A stretch of 64,000 bases of DNA, from NCBI GenBank assembly GCA_951406725.2, contig OX597816.1:113460001-113524000 (forward strand), in the 5' to 3' direction. A program made the position numbers and the translations under genes. The stretch comes from Octopus vulgaris (lineage: Eukaryota). Positions within the stretch are counted from its first letter, which is position 1; each line of letters starts with the position of its first letter. The notes beneath the pieces are model-generated. The model searched no databases, was not told the origin of the DNA, and saw nothing but the letters and a program-made list of their open reading frames with translations. Of this stretch, positions 10,942 through 24,333 are shown piece by piece.

Positions 10942-13900
10942 ATATATATATACATGTGTGTGACATAGATGATATATATAATTACACACACACACATACA
11001 TAGAGAGTGAGAGAGAGCGAGAGCAATGGAAGTGCCTTGGTCTGATACTGAACATAACATTGACAGTATTTTATGTTAAAATGTTTACTATCTATTTACT
11101 ATCCTGAGTCATCTGCTACAAGACTTTATTATTGATTATTCACCCAACAAACTGAAAACAAAGATAACACTTAATCATTTCATCTAAATTAGCCGTTGGA
11201 AATTTTTTTTTTAGAAACACCATTTAGGGGTGCAAGGAAAAGAAGCTTTAGTAATGTAACTTACATGATGGGATTTACCAATCTCTCAGGAAATTCTTTC
11301 TGTTTTTGATAGGAAAATATTCATGAAAGAAGTTAGTCAAAGCATCTGCCTACAGCTGACATTTTCAGTAATAGATTTGTCTGGTATCAAAACACATTTT
11401 TTCAGTCTTCTATAAAATATTCTTTAAGTATTCTAAGGATTGGAATTAAAAGACACAAATATACTTTGTTGGGTGTAGTCATTTTAAATATAAACAGAAC
11501 AAAGCCTATATAGCCCTACAATTACACTTTTTAATTGCACTTACAGTACATTTCAATTGAAACATTTAGTAGATATTTTGTGATGTGTATATTCAATACT
11601 TCTCACATATTTCTAATGGAAATTATTTTTCAAGTGTTATAAAACATAAAAGACTAGAAACTTCAAGAATGTGAAATGTTCTTATGATGCCAACATGATA
11701 AAAGACCGTAATTTTCATTGTTATCCTCATAATGATACTAATGTTAGCATGTATTTTTCTATGCTTTGCATGGGTCTATGATACATCTCTGCTCTTTTTC
11801 TACACTATTTAGCATTAAGTTATCAGTCATTTTCAGCAGTATGCATAATCTATTCACACTACATATCTAGACCAGTCCAGTCTTGTATCCTCCACAGAGG
11901 ACCTAATATTTTTGATGCTAAACCAATTTCTCAAAACAATTAACATTCAGTTTTTCTGTTGATGATGTTAAAATATTTTCAAATGTATTACTTGGTACAA
12001 TATCAATCTTAAAAAGTTTCCGCATGCAGCTGGTTTTACTATATCTTGAATTTAAAGATGAAACTTATTCAAAAGATTTTCTGAATGCTTTATTATTTAT
12101 GAAATAAAGTTGAAACAGATGTTGCTTTTTATTCACATCAAAAACAATTCAGTATTTTGTAATTTACATGAAATTCATTTAAATTTTCTTTTCTAATAAA
12201 CTTTTAGCTACATAATCCAAGACAGAATTTATTTGTATAAAGAACACTGTTACTTTCAATATATTCCTACAACTATGAATAAAGTAATAATTGTATTTTT
12301 CTAAAATGTGTAAAATTTAATACCTACAGTTTTACAAAAAATATCATTTTTGAAATTAATAAAAAGAAAAAATAAGAAGATATTCTGAAATTTGACAAAG
12401 GCTCATTTCATTTTAATATTTTGCCTCAAGATATCATTACAAAATAAAAGGCTACTTTCTTATGCTGAAACAGGAATTTCATTAATCTTTGAAGTTTTTC
12501 TTGCTCTGAAAATAAGATATTGAAATATTCTATTAAAATTGAAAAACTGCTGAAAGGTAATCATTTCTATGAAGGTTTCAGTTGTTAAATAAAAAAGGTG
12601 TTTGTATCCATGTATTTTTTGTTGCTTATTTTTTTTACTATTTGTAAACTTGATATTAGCATATCCAAGATATGATGAGATTTTTCTTTTCAACATTATT
12701 TTCTTTTATTATTATTGATAGTCAACATTTGTAACAAGCTAGGTGTTATGATTTTAATCTGATGAGATTTATTTTAAGAAAATTCTTTTACATACATATT
12801 AGCTAAATAACTATGTTAAATATTTCAATATCCTAATCTCTGCAACAGTCAAGTCAGTTTAGAAATATAATAAATCTTATATTAATTAACAATTCAACAT
12901 TTTAGAAGTTATTTTGATTATTTATTATTTTGTGTCTTATTTCAGATTATTGATAGATTGTGTATGATAACAAGTATTCCTATGGAAGATATAGTTGATT
13001 TTACAGTAATTCATTTACAGAGAATTTCCAAAGTATAAGGTAAAACTGAAATTAAACTATGAATTTCAAATCTTCCTTCAAAATTATTAGAAACAGCAGA
13101 TAACATTGTTTAAGCATCTTCTTCATGTTATACAAACGGTTTCATTATATAATAAAAGTTGTTTTGCTTTTGTTTCACTCTGTATTTTTGTTTTTGTTCA
13201 TTGTTTGTATAAAATTGTAAAGTGAAATTAAAAATTAAAATTTAATCAACTTTTAATATGGGTATAGACTTAAATTAAGGAACCTAAATATTTCTGTTTG
13301 TTTTTTGTATTTTACACATGAAGATGGAAGCCCAATTTTTTTTTTTACATTTATAACTATGTATTAAGTATAGATAAAATAGTGAAATAGATTAATGGAA
13401 AGAAATGTTTCTTGGACTGCTATTATAACAGGTGAATGAATCTGTTCTTTGGAAGGTGAAAAAAAGAATGATCATTCTTATAGATTAAGAAAATATCAGC
13501 AAGACAAAGATAATTGTAAACTCTCTTGACATTGTCCATGTGGTATATAAAAACACAACTTGGGTGGCGACAGTATAGTTTGAACTACATAATAGAACTA
13601 CTCAGGAAAGATTTATACTTGATGAGTCAGAGACTTCTATCAGAATGAAATACTCATGTTTAAACAATTCAAAAGTGTAATAAATTAGTTTGCCATAAAT
13701 AGATGGATCATTCTAATATTTTGGGCATTGCCCTTTGTGAAAGGGATTAATTTTCTGTTGATAACAAAATTGATGGATAGGAATTCTTCTTGTGACAAAT
13801 AAATTTATGTCAATGTTTATACTCACTAATTGCTGACAAACATCCCATTACTTTCCTCGGGTTTTACTGCTTTAGTTTAAGATTGGTGGTCCCTGAAAAA

Positions 13901-14927
13901 AGATTTCACATGGTAATATAGGTGATTATTTACGATTGCTAACTTTAGTATAAAAATGTTGAAGATAAGACTGATAAGTTAGTAGTTGCTAGTATTGAAT
14001 TGTTGTTATGCTTATAGAAAAGACACATAGTTGACTGTTACATGTGTTCAAAGAAAAGAGAAAAGTGAGAAGCATTACTGTTTGCAAAATAAAGGCTGGA
14101 ATGCTGCCTGGTTCCTATTTGTTGTGGATTTCAGCTTCTTTTATGATCACAAGTGTTTATGGTTGTAATTTTTGTGGAGCCTTTTTGATATGGAAAGGAA
14201 ATGAATTGAAGTATCAAGGAATACTAAGCAGAGATATGTATGTGTGTGTAATAGTTTAGAGTTCAACAGTATTTAGGTTAATCAAATCCTCAATCATAAA
14301 TGTAACAAAATAATTTAGTTTGTACAAATTGCTAAGAAGTTTTTGTTAATATGTTTTCAGTGGAGTAAGGACAGCATCTATGACTTCTAAGATTTTTGTG
14401 AGTTATGCTATCAAAATACAATACAAACACTTACAGGTTGATGCGTGCATCATAAATATGGGCAGGAAAGAAACCTCAGTGGATGCAATCTGGAGATTTA
14501 TTGGGTCTGTGCAAGGTGAAATAGAATAAAGATGAAGGCTGAAGAAGTAGCAGGAATTAGGGTTAGGATTTGATGCTTATACAGCTTGGTAAACAAATGA
14601 GAAGCCACAATTAAAACAATAGGAGAAACAAAGAGAAGAAACTGTAAATTTGGAAGGTCAGGAGTTGTAGCATTGTTAATTAGTCAAATGATCATTTTTT
14701 TGCATCAGCTCCATATCCCCATAGTTTTATTATACAAGCAGTATTCCAAGGTTCATTACACCTGACCTTTGTAGCAATACAGCAGCTAAAGTATTTCTAG
14801 GCAATGTGCCAATCAGGTGTTTGTATGATTGTGTATAGAAGAATATATCAATCATTGAAACTCCAACTTAGTCTGATTTTCATGTTTTATTATTTCCAAT
14901 TTTTACAATTTTCATAATTTTACAATA

Positions 14928-15102
14928 ATCATCATCATCATCATTGTCATTTAACGTCCGCTTTCCATGCTGGCAGGGGTTGGACGGTTTGACTGAGGAC
15001 TAGTGAGCTAGAAGGCTGCACCAGGCTCCAATCTGATCTGGCAAAGTTTCTACAGCTGGACGCCCTTCCTAACGCCAGCCACTCCGGGAGTATTGTGGGT
15101 GC
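14928..15102 (-). mobile_element. RTE 3' stub
   Basis: (CAT)n then ttaacgtccgctttccatgctggc...ctggacgcccttcctaacgcc, matching 7441-7600. Confidence 0.9.
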
Positions 15103-15190
15103 ACAATCATCAGTTTGTGTAGTGACAGTTGCATTCCACAATTGACAACTTGCACACAATTGTCAATAGTGGAACATGATTGTCACTACA

Positions 15191-15230
15191 TAAACATGAT
15201 GATTGCATAATGCATGAAAGTACTAGTTTA
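15191..15230 (+). ncRNA. Minimal type-I hammerhead ribozyme fold (C3 position mutated)
   Basis: taaac-ATGATGA-ttgcataatgcat-GAAA-gtac-TA-gttta: stem I taaac/gttta, stem II tgca/tgca, palindromic stem III AGTACT, CUA triplet; the inverted partner keeps CTGATGA (tcatcag at 15107-15113). Confidence 0.7.
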
Positions 15231-15303
15231 ATTCAATATTGTAAAACTGTAAAAATTGGAAATAATAAAACATGAAAATCAGACTAAGTTGAAGTTTCAT
15301 TGA

Positions 15304-15355
<52 letters not shown>

Positions 15356-16577
15356 TGTATGTATGTATATGTATATGTATATATATATATAAGTATGGTA
15401 TTCTATATCTCTATTTGGTTGAGACTACCTGACCAAGTAAATAAATAGGAGATGGTGTATAATGACAATAGGAACATGATGATTGGTTAAAGTAATTGAG
15501 AATATGATCATGAAAAGTAATTGGGGTGGGTGTGATGGTGGTAGAGGTAAGAGTAATATGCTAGAATTATAGTGCAGGAGGGAGTAGTAGAAGAGAGGCA
15601 GTAAAGGCAGGTATTTGCATGTTACTGTGTATGAGACTGAAATAGACAGAAAGTAATAGAAATGATTGATAGTAAGAGAGAGTTTCTGATATCAACTATG
15701 ATGAGTGGTCTAGAGGTTGAGAGAATGTTGGCTAGCAGCACAGAAAAGGTGATGGTACTATGTATCTGATACAAACAAATCTGATCTGATCCCACATATA
15801 TAGGCGTCTTGATGAGAGGGAGATAGCATGATGAAGACTGGTGGAATACCCTCAGGTCCTATGCTATCCCTTCTTACATAGTGTGTGCACATACACATAC
15901 ATTCACACTTACACATGCATTAACACCTGAATATTTTGAATACTGACTCAAATCTTATTTTGCAATTGATAATTTTATTAAAAGAATGACCTGCATAATT
16001 ACCTGCAATTGATTAGGAATTTACTATTTTGTGATATCTTCTCCTCTCATTTTATATTTACCAGATATATCCAGAAAGGCTGATGTTGTGTTTCATAGTG
16101 TGGGAAACGATCAAGTTTTGTGTTTGCTTAGTTGGCATTAAATAAGATCTGTGTTTTTATCATGGCTTGTGTATTAGAGAAATTGTTTTCCAAATTATTT
16201 TCTTTCTATACTATTTGATTTGTCTGATTTTCTGTTTCATTTCTCTCTAAGTGAATTTGAAGTTGTCTCTACTCTTAGATTATGTTAAACATGACATAGT
16301 GTAAGAGAACAAGTATGTGATTCAGTTAATAAACAACCAGCTGCTCTCTTTATATGCTATTATTGTAAACAAACCATATTAGTATTACAAAACAATCTGT
16401 AGTCTAACAGTGCTGAGGAATAATGCAATGCTTGTATCATGATTAATGAATATATCAAGGTGTAACCTTGGACATGGATTTGAATATAGGTCACCAACTT
16501 TATTTTCTGATTTTTTGACTTGCACATGTCATCTGAAATATATACCACTAAATTCTTTTCAACAATATTCATATATA

Positions 16578-16870
16578 GGGCACATGGCCTAGAGGTTAGG
16601 GTGTTGCACTCATGATTGCAAGATTATGGTTTCAGTTCCTAGACTGGGTAGTGCGTTGTCTTCATGAGCAAAACACTGCATCTCACTTTGCTCTGCGATG
16701 ACTTTGACACCTGATGTTTGGTACACTGTGCATCTGTTCAGGCAACATCAATTTGATGGAGGGAGTCATCAGATGTATGGCACATACATTTGATCACTAT
16801 AAACATATCATTTGTGCAGGCTGTTCAGCAAAAGCTGAACACTCATGCCTTTTTCGATGGGAGCATCCAT
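16578..16870 (+). mobile_element. tRNA-derived SINE (second family)
   Basis: A-box-like tggcctagaggttagg and B-box-like ggtttcagttcc, followed by a ttcatgagcaaaacact core; similar copy at about 48255-48500. Confidence 0.65.
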
Positions 16871-17156
16871 TATCTGTTATATACGTTTGTAGTACCAGTT
16901 ATTTTTTCCTCTCCCTTGAACCACTCCCTTTTAAAATCCAGACCTCATTCTGAACATCATCCCTTCCCAATTTATCTTTCACTAATCAATCCCTCTCTCT
17001 GCCTCCAGTTATCACTATCCTTCCTTCTCTGAACTACATGTATCTCCTCTATAGCAAGACACCTGTAAGGCATTTGTATCTGTCTTTCTTATCAGCTTTC
17101 ATATAAAGCCCTCTTTCTCACAACTATATATATGTGTGTGTGTATGTGTATATATG

Positions 17157-17397
17157 CGTATATATTTGGCGAAAAATGCGAGTGAAGATGTGTATGTTTT
17201 CATAGTGACGTATAAGTACGCACGTGGGTTCACGAGCAGAATTATAATACAGTAATTTCCCTTTATATAACGGTATTTTTTCATAGCGTTTTTTCAGATG
17301 GCCAGATAACCGAAGAGTTGGTGTTGTGGATTTCCACTTCGACATCTGAAACTCAGAGTTTTATCTTGACTATTGAGTAAATGTAACATATTATTAT

Positions 17398-17400
<3 letters not shown>
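17157..17400 (+). mobile_element. CpG-rich short element between (TA)n tracts carrying a hammerhead fold
   Basis: Many intact CpGs against a CpG-depleted background; bounded by TA-rich repeats. Confidence 0.6.
17304..17366 (+). ncRNA. Type-I hammerhead ribozyme fold (U4C variant, GUU triplet)
   Basis: agataa-CCGAAGA-[ggtgttg/cgacatc plus gtgga/tccac stem II]-GAAA-ctcagag-TT-ttatct; stem I agataa/ttatct is 6 bp; stem III ACTC-a-GAGT is near-palindromic. Confidence 0.65.
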
Positions 17401-17429
<29 letters not shown>

Positions 17430-17449
17430 TTATATACGTTTTTAGTACC

Positions 17450-17725
17450 AGTTACTTTTTCCTCTCTCTTGAACCTCAGTTGAGGGGTCTTCTTCTTTGT
17501 TTTGTGAGTTACTTGGCAATCCCATGATCTGTTGTCATTGAAAAAAGCATTCAGTATACTATATAATGTGGTTGGTGTTAGGAAGGCTATCCAGCTATAG
17601 AAACTATACCAAAACAGACATTGGAGCTCAGCACAATCCTCTAACTCATTGGATCCTTTTAAAGTGTCCAACTCATACCAGCATGAAAGATGGATGTTAA
17701 ATGATAATGATAATGATGATGATAC
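17450..17725 (+). mobile_element. Old RTE 3' stub
   Basis: ggttggtgttaggaaggctatccagct...cataccagcatgaaagatggatgttaaa(tga)n. Confidence 0.75.
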
Positions 17726-20700
17726 TTTCAATTAGTAAATTATTTATGGTTTTTTCTTTCCTTTTTTCTTAGTTTTCTTTCTTTTCAAATGTTCTTTTTC
17801 TCCAATGTATCACTGTTAATAGTGATTTTTTTCACAATTGTGATTATTTTATAAAATCTTTTTCATGTTTTATTTTGCAAAACCTAATTATATTTCATAT
17901 AAATCTATGCTGCATTATTTGCTACTCTTTACATTATTTAGGAGGAGGCATCACTTATCAGGTTTATTGTATTTTTATTTATTGCAAATCTGATTTATAT
18001 TCTAAGAGGGTAAAGTAAAAACATTTGAAATACAGTTCCTGTATCAAATATATGAAATATCCAATGCTGCTTATTTATTAGCTAGATGAATTCTTGTAAC
18101 ATCTTTATTTTGAGGTAGCTATCAGATATACCTGAATGTATAGAATGGTTTTGGCTGTAAATTAAGAGTAACTTCAAGTGACTGCCTGAGTGAAAAAAAA
18201 AAATTGAAGATAAATATTAACTTATGTTATCTTAAACATTCAGTAATAGTTAAGTTTTACTTGCTGGAAGATCATCCACAAGGTATTAGCATACTTCTTC
18301 TTTGGAATAATGTTCAAACTTTATAGTATAGTGTGACATTTTAACTCAGTTGAATTTTTCAATCTATGAAGTTATTAAAAGTGATTTAAAATTTTTTCAA
18401 TTAGATATTTTATTGATGATATATTGTCTTCTGAATCAAACAATGCTATAATACACTTACTGAATCAGATATTTATTTTTGTTTTTTAAACTAAGTTTTT
18501 CTGTTTTTAAGAAAAGTATTCCACATCTAATGTAGGGTTTGTGGAAAGAATATTTATGTAATGCAAATATTTATAAGAAATTTAAACATGGATAAAGAAT
18601 CAAGATATGTTCTAAAATAATAAAATGAGATGTAGAAAGTTTCTTTTAAGTGAATATTTTTGGAAAATAAGACAATCTTTCCATTACACTTACTGATTTA
18701 TTTTAAAAAGTTAATCTAAAATACATTTGCCAAGACACAAAAAGAACATCGAGCAAATGTGTTTTTGTAATATAAAGAAATATATTCAAGATAAAAGATA
18801 AAATTTTGATACATAAAAATTTATATACAAGTAGGTAAAAAATGTTTGAAGGCATTAGAATTAAAGTAAAAAGAAAAAGTGCAAATGTCTATTCTCTCAA
18901 TAATTTCAAAATTACTTCAGTGTATTTCAGTTTTGATTGCTTGTAAAAATAGAAGTTACAAATATTCTCTTCTTGTTAACATTGTTAATTCCCTACTTCC
19001 TGCTTAAAATTTAACCAGAAGAAATGATATCTTTAAAAATGAATTTTTAAAAAGTATTCTTTGTTAGATATCAATTATTAGTGATTGACTCACAATTAAT
19101 ATTTCTTCAATAATACTGATATACTTTTTGTCATAGAAATAAGTGAATAAAAATAGAAAGTGTTGGCGATTTCTATATTAAAATCTGTGGAATTATATAT
19201 CTAAAACATATTAGACTGGCCAAAAGATGTTAAATACCTATTCTAATATATACTTAAAAAATATTCATATATTTGGTATTAAAATTCTAGAAATTCTTAA
19301 TGTTAATAATAATTTGAAATTTTGTTAATAAAAATTTAATTCCATGTTTCTGGTCATTTAATTTCTATCTGAATAGAATGTAACTTAATCTTTTTATTAG
19401 AAATTATATGAGTTAATGTCTTCATAGATGCAATATTTGCAGATTTTATAAAATCCATTTTATAAAATTTAAAGAATTTTTATATATCTCTGTTGGAACA
19501 GAAAGTGTATGACTAACTGTAAAAGATATAGAAATCATATTTCTACAAGCTTCAGTGATAAAAATAAAATGAAGAGAAATTATATTAGTCTAAAATGATG
19601 TCAGTGGGATATGAAGTAAATCTATTCCCTTCTAGTAGATCTGATTGCATATTTTTTCATTTGAATAAGAAAATGATATGGATTTAGAATGTTCAGGTTA
19701 GTTGTTAATTTATTAAAATAATTCAACAGAAAACACTTTTTTTTTTCATTTTATAAATATCTGAATAAGTATTTCACTGGGTACATCAAATATAGCATTC
19801 ACTTGTGCACATGTTTGTGTGTGTGCATGTATGTATGTGTGTGTGCATGTATATGTGTGTGTGTGTGTGTGTATGTGAGTGTGTAAAATTTAGGTAGGCG
19901 AACAGAATAGAGAGAAAGAAATAAAATAGATAACGGATTCAGTGCTTATGAAGGCAAATTCATATTTTCAAATGGTGTTATATCAAATATGCATTACTTA
20001 AAATACTGTTATTTGTTTTCTTAAACAATAGATTTTAAAGCTAATTTTCTTTCTGCTAACCATTTGACCATATGATGTAAGCTACAGCTGAGAATCATAA
20101 AATGTTTCAAGTTTCATAAGATATGCATATATACATGTATGTCCATATATAAGTGTGTATGTAAAATGAGTTGTACTATATATGTTTTAGGTATTTGAGA
20201 ATTAATAATATGACTGTGTTCCAAAGAGTTTTTATTGTAGCTTATACTGCCAGTTAAATACTATACTCAATAAAACATAAAATACTCACCACAGTATAAA
20301 GTAACTTTGGCAAACCTTGGAGAAGGAGCATTTGTAGTAGAGAAAGCTTGCATAATGTTCTTCCCTTACAGTATTTGAAAAAAGATAGTAACATCTTTTA
20401 TCGTGTGGTGAATAAATTGATGTTTCTACATACAATAGTAATATAATAGTAATTTTTCACCCAAGATTTTCTAACTTAGGAACTTGATTTTTATGATATC
20501 AGCTAGTGTTTATAACTATTTTGTTTGTGCATGTTCCAGTATTTTGAGTATGTTTCACTTAATATCAAGATTTTCAATGTCAAGCCTAATATAGTGTTGT
20601 CTTCATGTTTTTTTCTGTCATTTTATGTTTAAAGTCTGAATTAATGAATTATCATATCAGGTGTTATGTAATGCCACTAATCACCTTACCATTGCTATCA

Positions 20701-22095
20701 TAGTTTGTATATAAGACTATGGTTGTCATAAAAATTCAGCTGCTGCATTTTGTCTGTTGTTTTCTATTTTTTTAAGAGCTAGGTGAATTTTCTGTATACC
20801 TCTAACTATTATTTTCCTTTAGTTAATGTCTGAAATAATAACAAGAATTTTAATACTGGCTTGTAAATACACATTTTACATGCTTACTTTTTCATTCTTT
20901 TACTTTGTAAAGCCTATCATAGAAGACTCTCTCTTACACAACATAATCCTAACAAAGTTTACATATTAAGAAGAATATATAATCTTATTTCAGACAATGT
21001 TCTTTATTACACCAAATGTAATTTGTTTCAAAAGTATTTTATAGGAACAGATATATCAAAATAACAAATAATTAGTTAATTTTGTAATTTGTAACTATGT
21101 GAGTTCTTAACATAAGATATAACAAACTATTTCTAAAATTTTAACAACTAAAAATATAGTAAGTTATTGATGTTAGTGTTTGTTTTCAATAATTAATTAC
21201 TGATTATGTAATTTTCTGTATACCTGTTATGGATTGAAGTACTCCATAGTAATTACATGTATTTTCTATTCTATAGTGATTTAAGTGCAACACTTGTTTT
21301 TCATCAATGTTCAATAACTTGTTAACTTGATTTTCCATTATTAAGTTGTTCAAAATATTTTAAGAACTTCAAAATTTTAAACTTTCCTTTCATGCACCTT
21401 TAAGTAGAAATACAAGAGCAATTTTTATTGTCTTCTCTCATTATATTCTTTTTAAATAGTAATCTATTTGACTGAAGGATAATTGATTGCAAGGACCAAA
21501 TGAATCAATTTACAAAAGCAACACAACTTGATCTAGAAAAAATTTGTATGAGTGAAAACAGAATAATGCATTCATTTGTTTTATTAGGGTCAAATATGGA
21601 TATAGAAAGGACAATCACAACCTCGAGTAGATCTCCCATTTTAAAAATGTGCACTTTAAATATTAAAATAAAAAACAAACATATAAAAAATATAAATGGT
21701 ATTATATTTTCATAAAATAGATTTTATTAATGCATAATCAGAAACTATCAAATGATTTTTCCTAATTGAAATTTATTCAAATAATAGTTGCATTTCTATT
21801 TCAATCAACATTTATAACTTTTATCTCCTAATTTAACATTTATATGAAATTTTTATCAAAGAATACAATAACATTACATAAACAACACATCAGGATAAAA
21901 TAAAATGTATAATGTCTATTTCTTAAAATTTTGGAGAGTAAATCTTAAATAAAATAAAAGCATGAATTTATTTAAAAAATTAACATATTTCAATTTGAAC
22001 ATACACAACTTTTTATGCACTTATATTGCACAAATGATGATTATATAAGCATGTTGTTTAAGGATGAAAAAAAGCATTAAAATGGATTGTACCAA

Positions 22096-22149
22096 TTATA
22101 CTACCCATATCTGTGCTATCTTTTGTTAGTACAGATATAGGTAGTATAA
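22096..22149. ncRNA. Candidate pre-miRNA-like hairpin
   Basis: 23-bp stem ttatactacccatatctgtgcta / tagtacagatataggtagtataa (one mismatch, one G-U), 8-nt loop, in repeat-free sequence; no known family recognised. Confidence 0.35.
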
Positions 22150-23279
22150 CTTTAATTTATGGGTAGATAACGTTAATTCTATTTAGGGCAAATATATGAA
22201 TATTTTATTCATATTCTTCAATGACCTTTAGTAATAGTTCTGTAATCTATTATTTTGTTGTTGTTGAAAGCAAATGTGTTTATATAGTTTTGAATGCACT
22301 TCAAACAACCATAATATTACAATAAAAAATATTCATGTCTCTTATCCTTATGGTACAGGACATTAGCAAATCTTTTGTTTCTGTCTAAAGTAAACTTTAA
22401 ATCTAACTTTTTGTCTTTTTCTCCCTGATATTGTTTCTTGTTAACACTTTTTTTACATTCCTTTCTGGCCTGTCACTTTACTATTATGTTGTGTGCTATC
22501 TGGCTCCAATCAAAGAACTGGTTTGCCTGATATGGTTGGTACTAGAAAAAAAAAATAACCATTTCTCTTTTTTGCTTTATCTTTCTATCTTTTCTTATCT
22601 ATCAGAGTGAGCTTCATAGTTTTGCTAACTAGCAGTTATTCTCTTTGGAAGGCTATTTAAACTCCCACACACTTCTCCTTGTTGAAATTTGTGTTAATTT
22701 TCTATCTGATCTTGCTTATTTCTCATCTATGATAGGAGACACATTCCTAAGCAGAGATACAGCATGTTCTATAGATTATTTCTGTTTTCCTGGTCATGAT
22801 GCAGTGGCATTGGGCAGCATTTTACAATTGTTTTTTTTTTCTGCTGGTATAAGTTACATGAGTCTCATCACTTGCTGTAGTGCACATCATCTGTCACATG
22901 CAGTAGCAGAAAAAGTGGGTCCATTTTATGTTACTGGTTCTTGAGAGGTTGTCCCATGTAGGAGGACTAGATAGTTTCCTCTACCTTGTATCAGTTTTTG
23001 TTCAGAGTTAACCATTTTATCATGCTACCAGCATAATAAAATGGTTATTCCATGTGGAAGAACTAATGAGTCTTCTCTTCTCAGTATTGGTTCTTAATCT
23101 CATATAGGTGTGTGTGTGTGTGTGCATGTCTGTGCACATGCATGTGGTGTGTGTGTAATGCATGCAATGTATGTGCATGCATGCATGCAATTGACAAAGA
23201 TGGGATTTCTTTTTATGTTGCTATTAACTAACAGAGTAAGCTAGGTGCATTTAACATGTCTTATTCACTATTTATTGGA

Positions 23280-23855
23280 TCCAAAGAGGTTTCTCTTTCC
23301 AACATCAGGGATTGTTTGAACTATCCATTTTCGTTTGTTGCAGTAAAAATTCACAAAAAATAGATCATGTCTTTCCTAGATGAGCACAATTATTGACACA
23401 AAGGCTAGGTGGAACCTATTTAGATATTACTACTGTTGCACATATTCTAACTACATCCAGAAAAGAATCTCTCAATTGCTTGGCATAAAGTTACATACAG
23501 AAACATTCTAGCTTCTAGTTGAAGAGTATGAAGTTTCCTCTTTCTGTTTTTTTCTACCACTACTATAATGGCCTTTGCATCTTGGAGTTGGATGGGCTCA
23601 TGTTACCTTCATTTAGGCATTCCTAATCCACTTATCTCTCCTTCTCTCAGCACTATTGTGTCAAACACCTTGTGCCCTGCACTAATCCCTATGCTTAGAC
23701 ATTCTCCCTAGAATGTCTGCCATCTGGGACTCCCTCTTTTTCATGTCTTTCCTACAGGTGTTGATCTGCATGGCATTAATCTTACTCATCTTAGAGAGCA
23801 TATGAAGGCCATGAAAACTACCTCTTCCTCTCGAATCTTCAAGTAAAAAAAAAAT
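23280..23855 (+). mobile_element. Decayed LINE 3' fragment, same family as 1350-1940
   Basis: Shared 3' end atgaaggccatg...ttcctc...poly(A) and a similar RT C-terminal region. Confidence 0.55.
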
Positions 23856-24113
23856 ATTTCTTGTTTAGAAGCAAAGTATCACACAAATGGATATGGGACA
23901 GGAAATTGTTAATCAAGAGCTATAGACTGTAATAATTGTCATTAAATGATGATTAAGCTCTTGACATTGTGTAATCTTTAAATACTGATATTGTTTGACA
24001 ATAAAATAAAATGAAGCAAAACAGCTTCACTACATTTCACATTATGTTCTTTTTATATCCAAAATACAAACATCAAGAATTACCAAAAAATATTTACATG
24101 AAGTTATGATTAA

Positions 24114-24333
24114 CCCTTTCATTACCAACCTGGCTGAAACCAGCTCTGGCTCTGAGTTCAAATGTCTTGTTTCCATAAGTTTTGAATTAAAATCTTCCAC
24201 CAAACCTTAGTCAGAATTTATGTTCCTAACACTAGCTTAATTATAACTAAGTTATTTTACTGAATTCTTTGTTATATTTAAAGTAATTGCAAGAAACACA
24301 GAGCATCTCAAAATAAATACAGTAACGAAAGGG
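24114..24333 (-). mobile_element. 220-bp piggyBac-type MITE, copy 2
   Basis: TTAA at 24110-24113 and 24334-24337; CCCTTTCATTAC...GTAACGAAAGGG TIRs; reverse complement of 6917-7136. Confidence 0.85.

Larger units (their letters stand above)
14843..15312. repeat. Fold-back (inverted duplication) element, Penelope-pLTR-like, interrupted by an RTE stub
   Basis: Outer arms 14843-14927 and 15237-15312, inner arms about 15104-15150 and 15157-15206; ends in (TA)n. Confidence 0.8.

Noticed and set aside
13612-13660. ttgatgagtc...gaaatactc hammerhead-like string
   Set aside because: Core is mutated and stems I-III do not pair convincingly
15818-15872. ATGATGA with a terminal stem (gatagcat/atgctatc), resembling a C/D snoRNA
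   Set aside because: No CTGA D box next to the 3' stem; lies in decayed repeat-like sequence
17942-17961. 20-nt AG...GT micro-exon candidate
   Set aside because: Weak donor, not frame-preserving, and expected by chance
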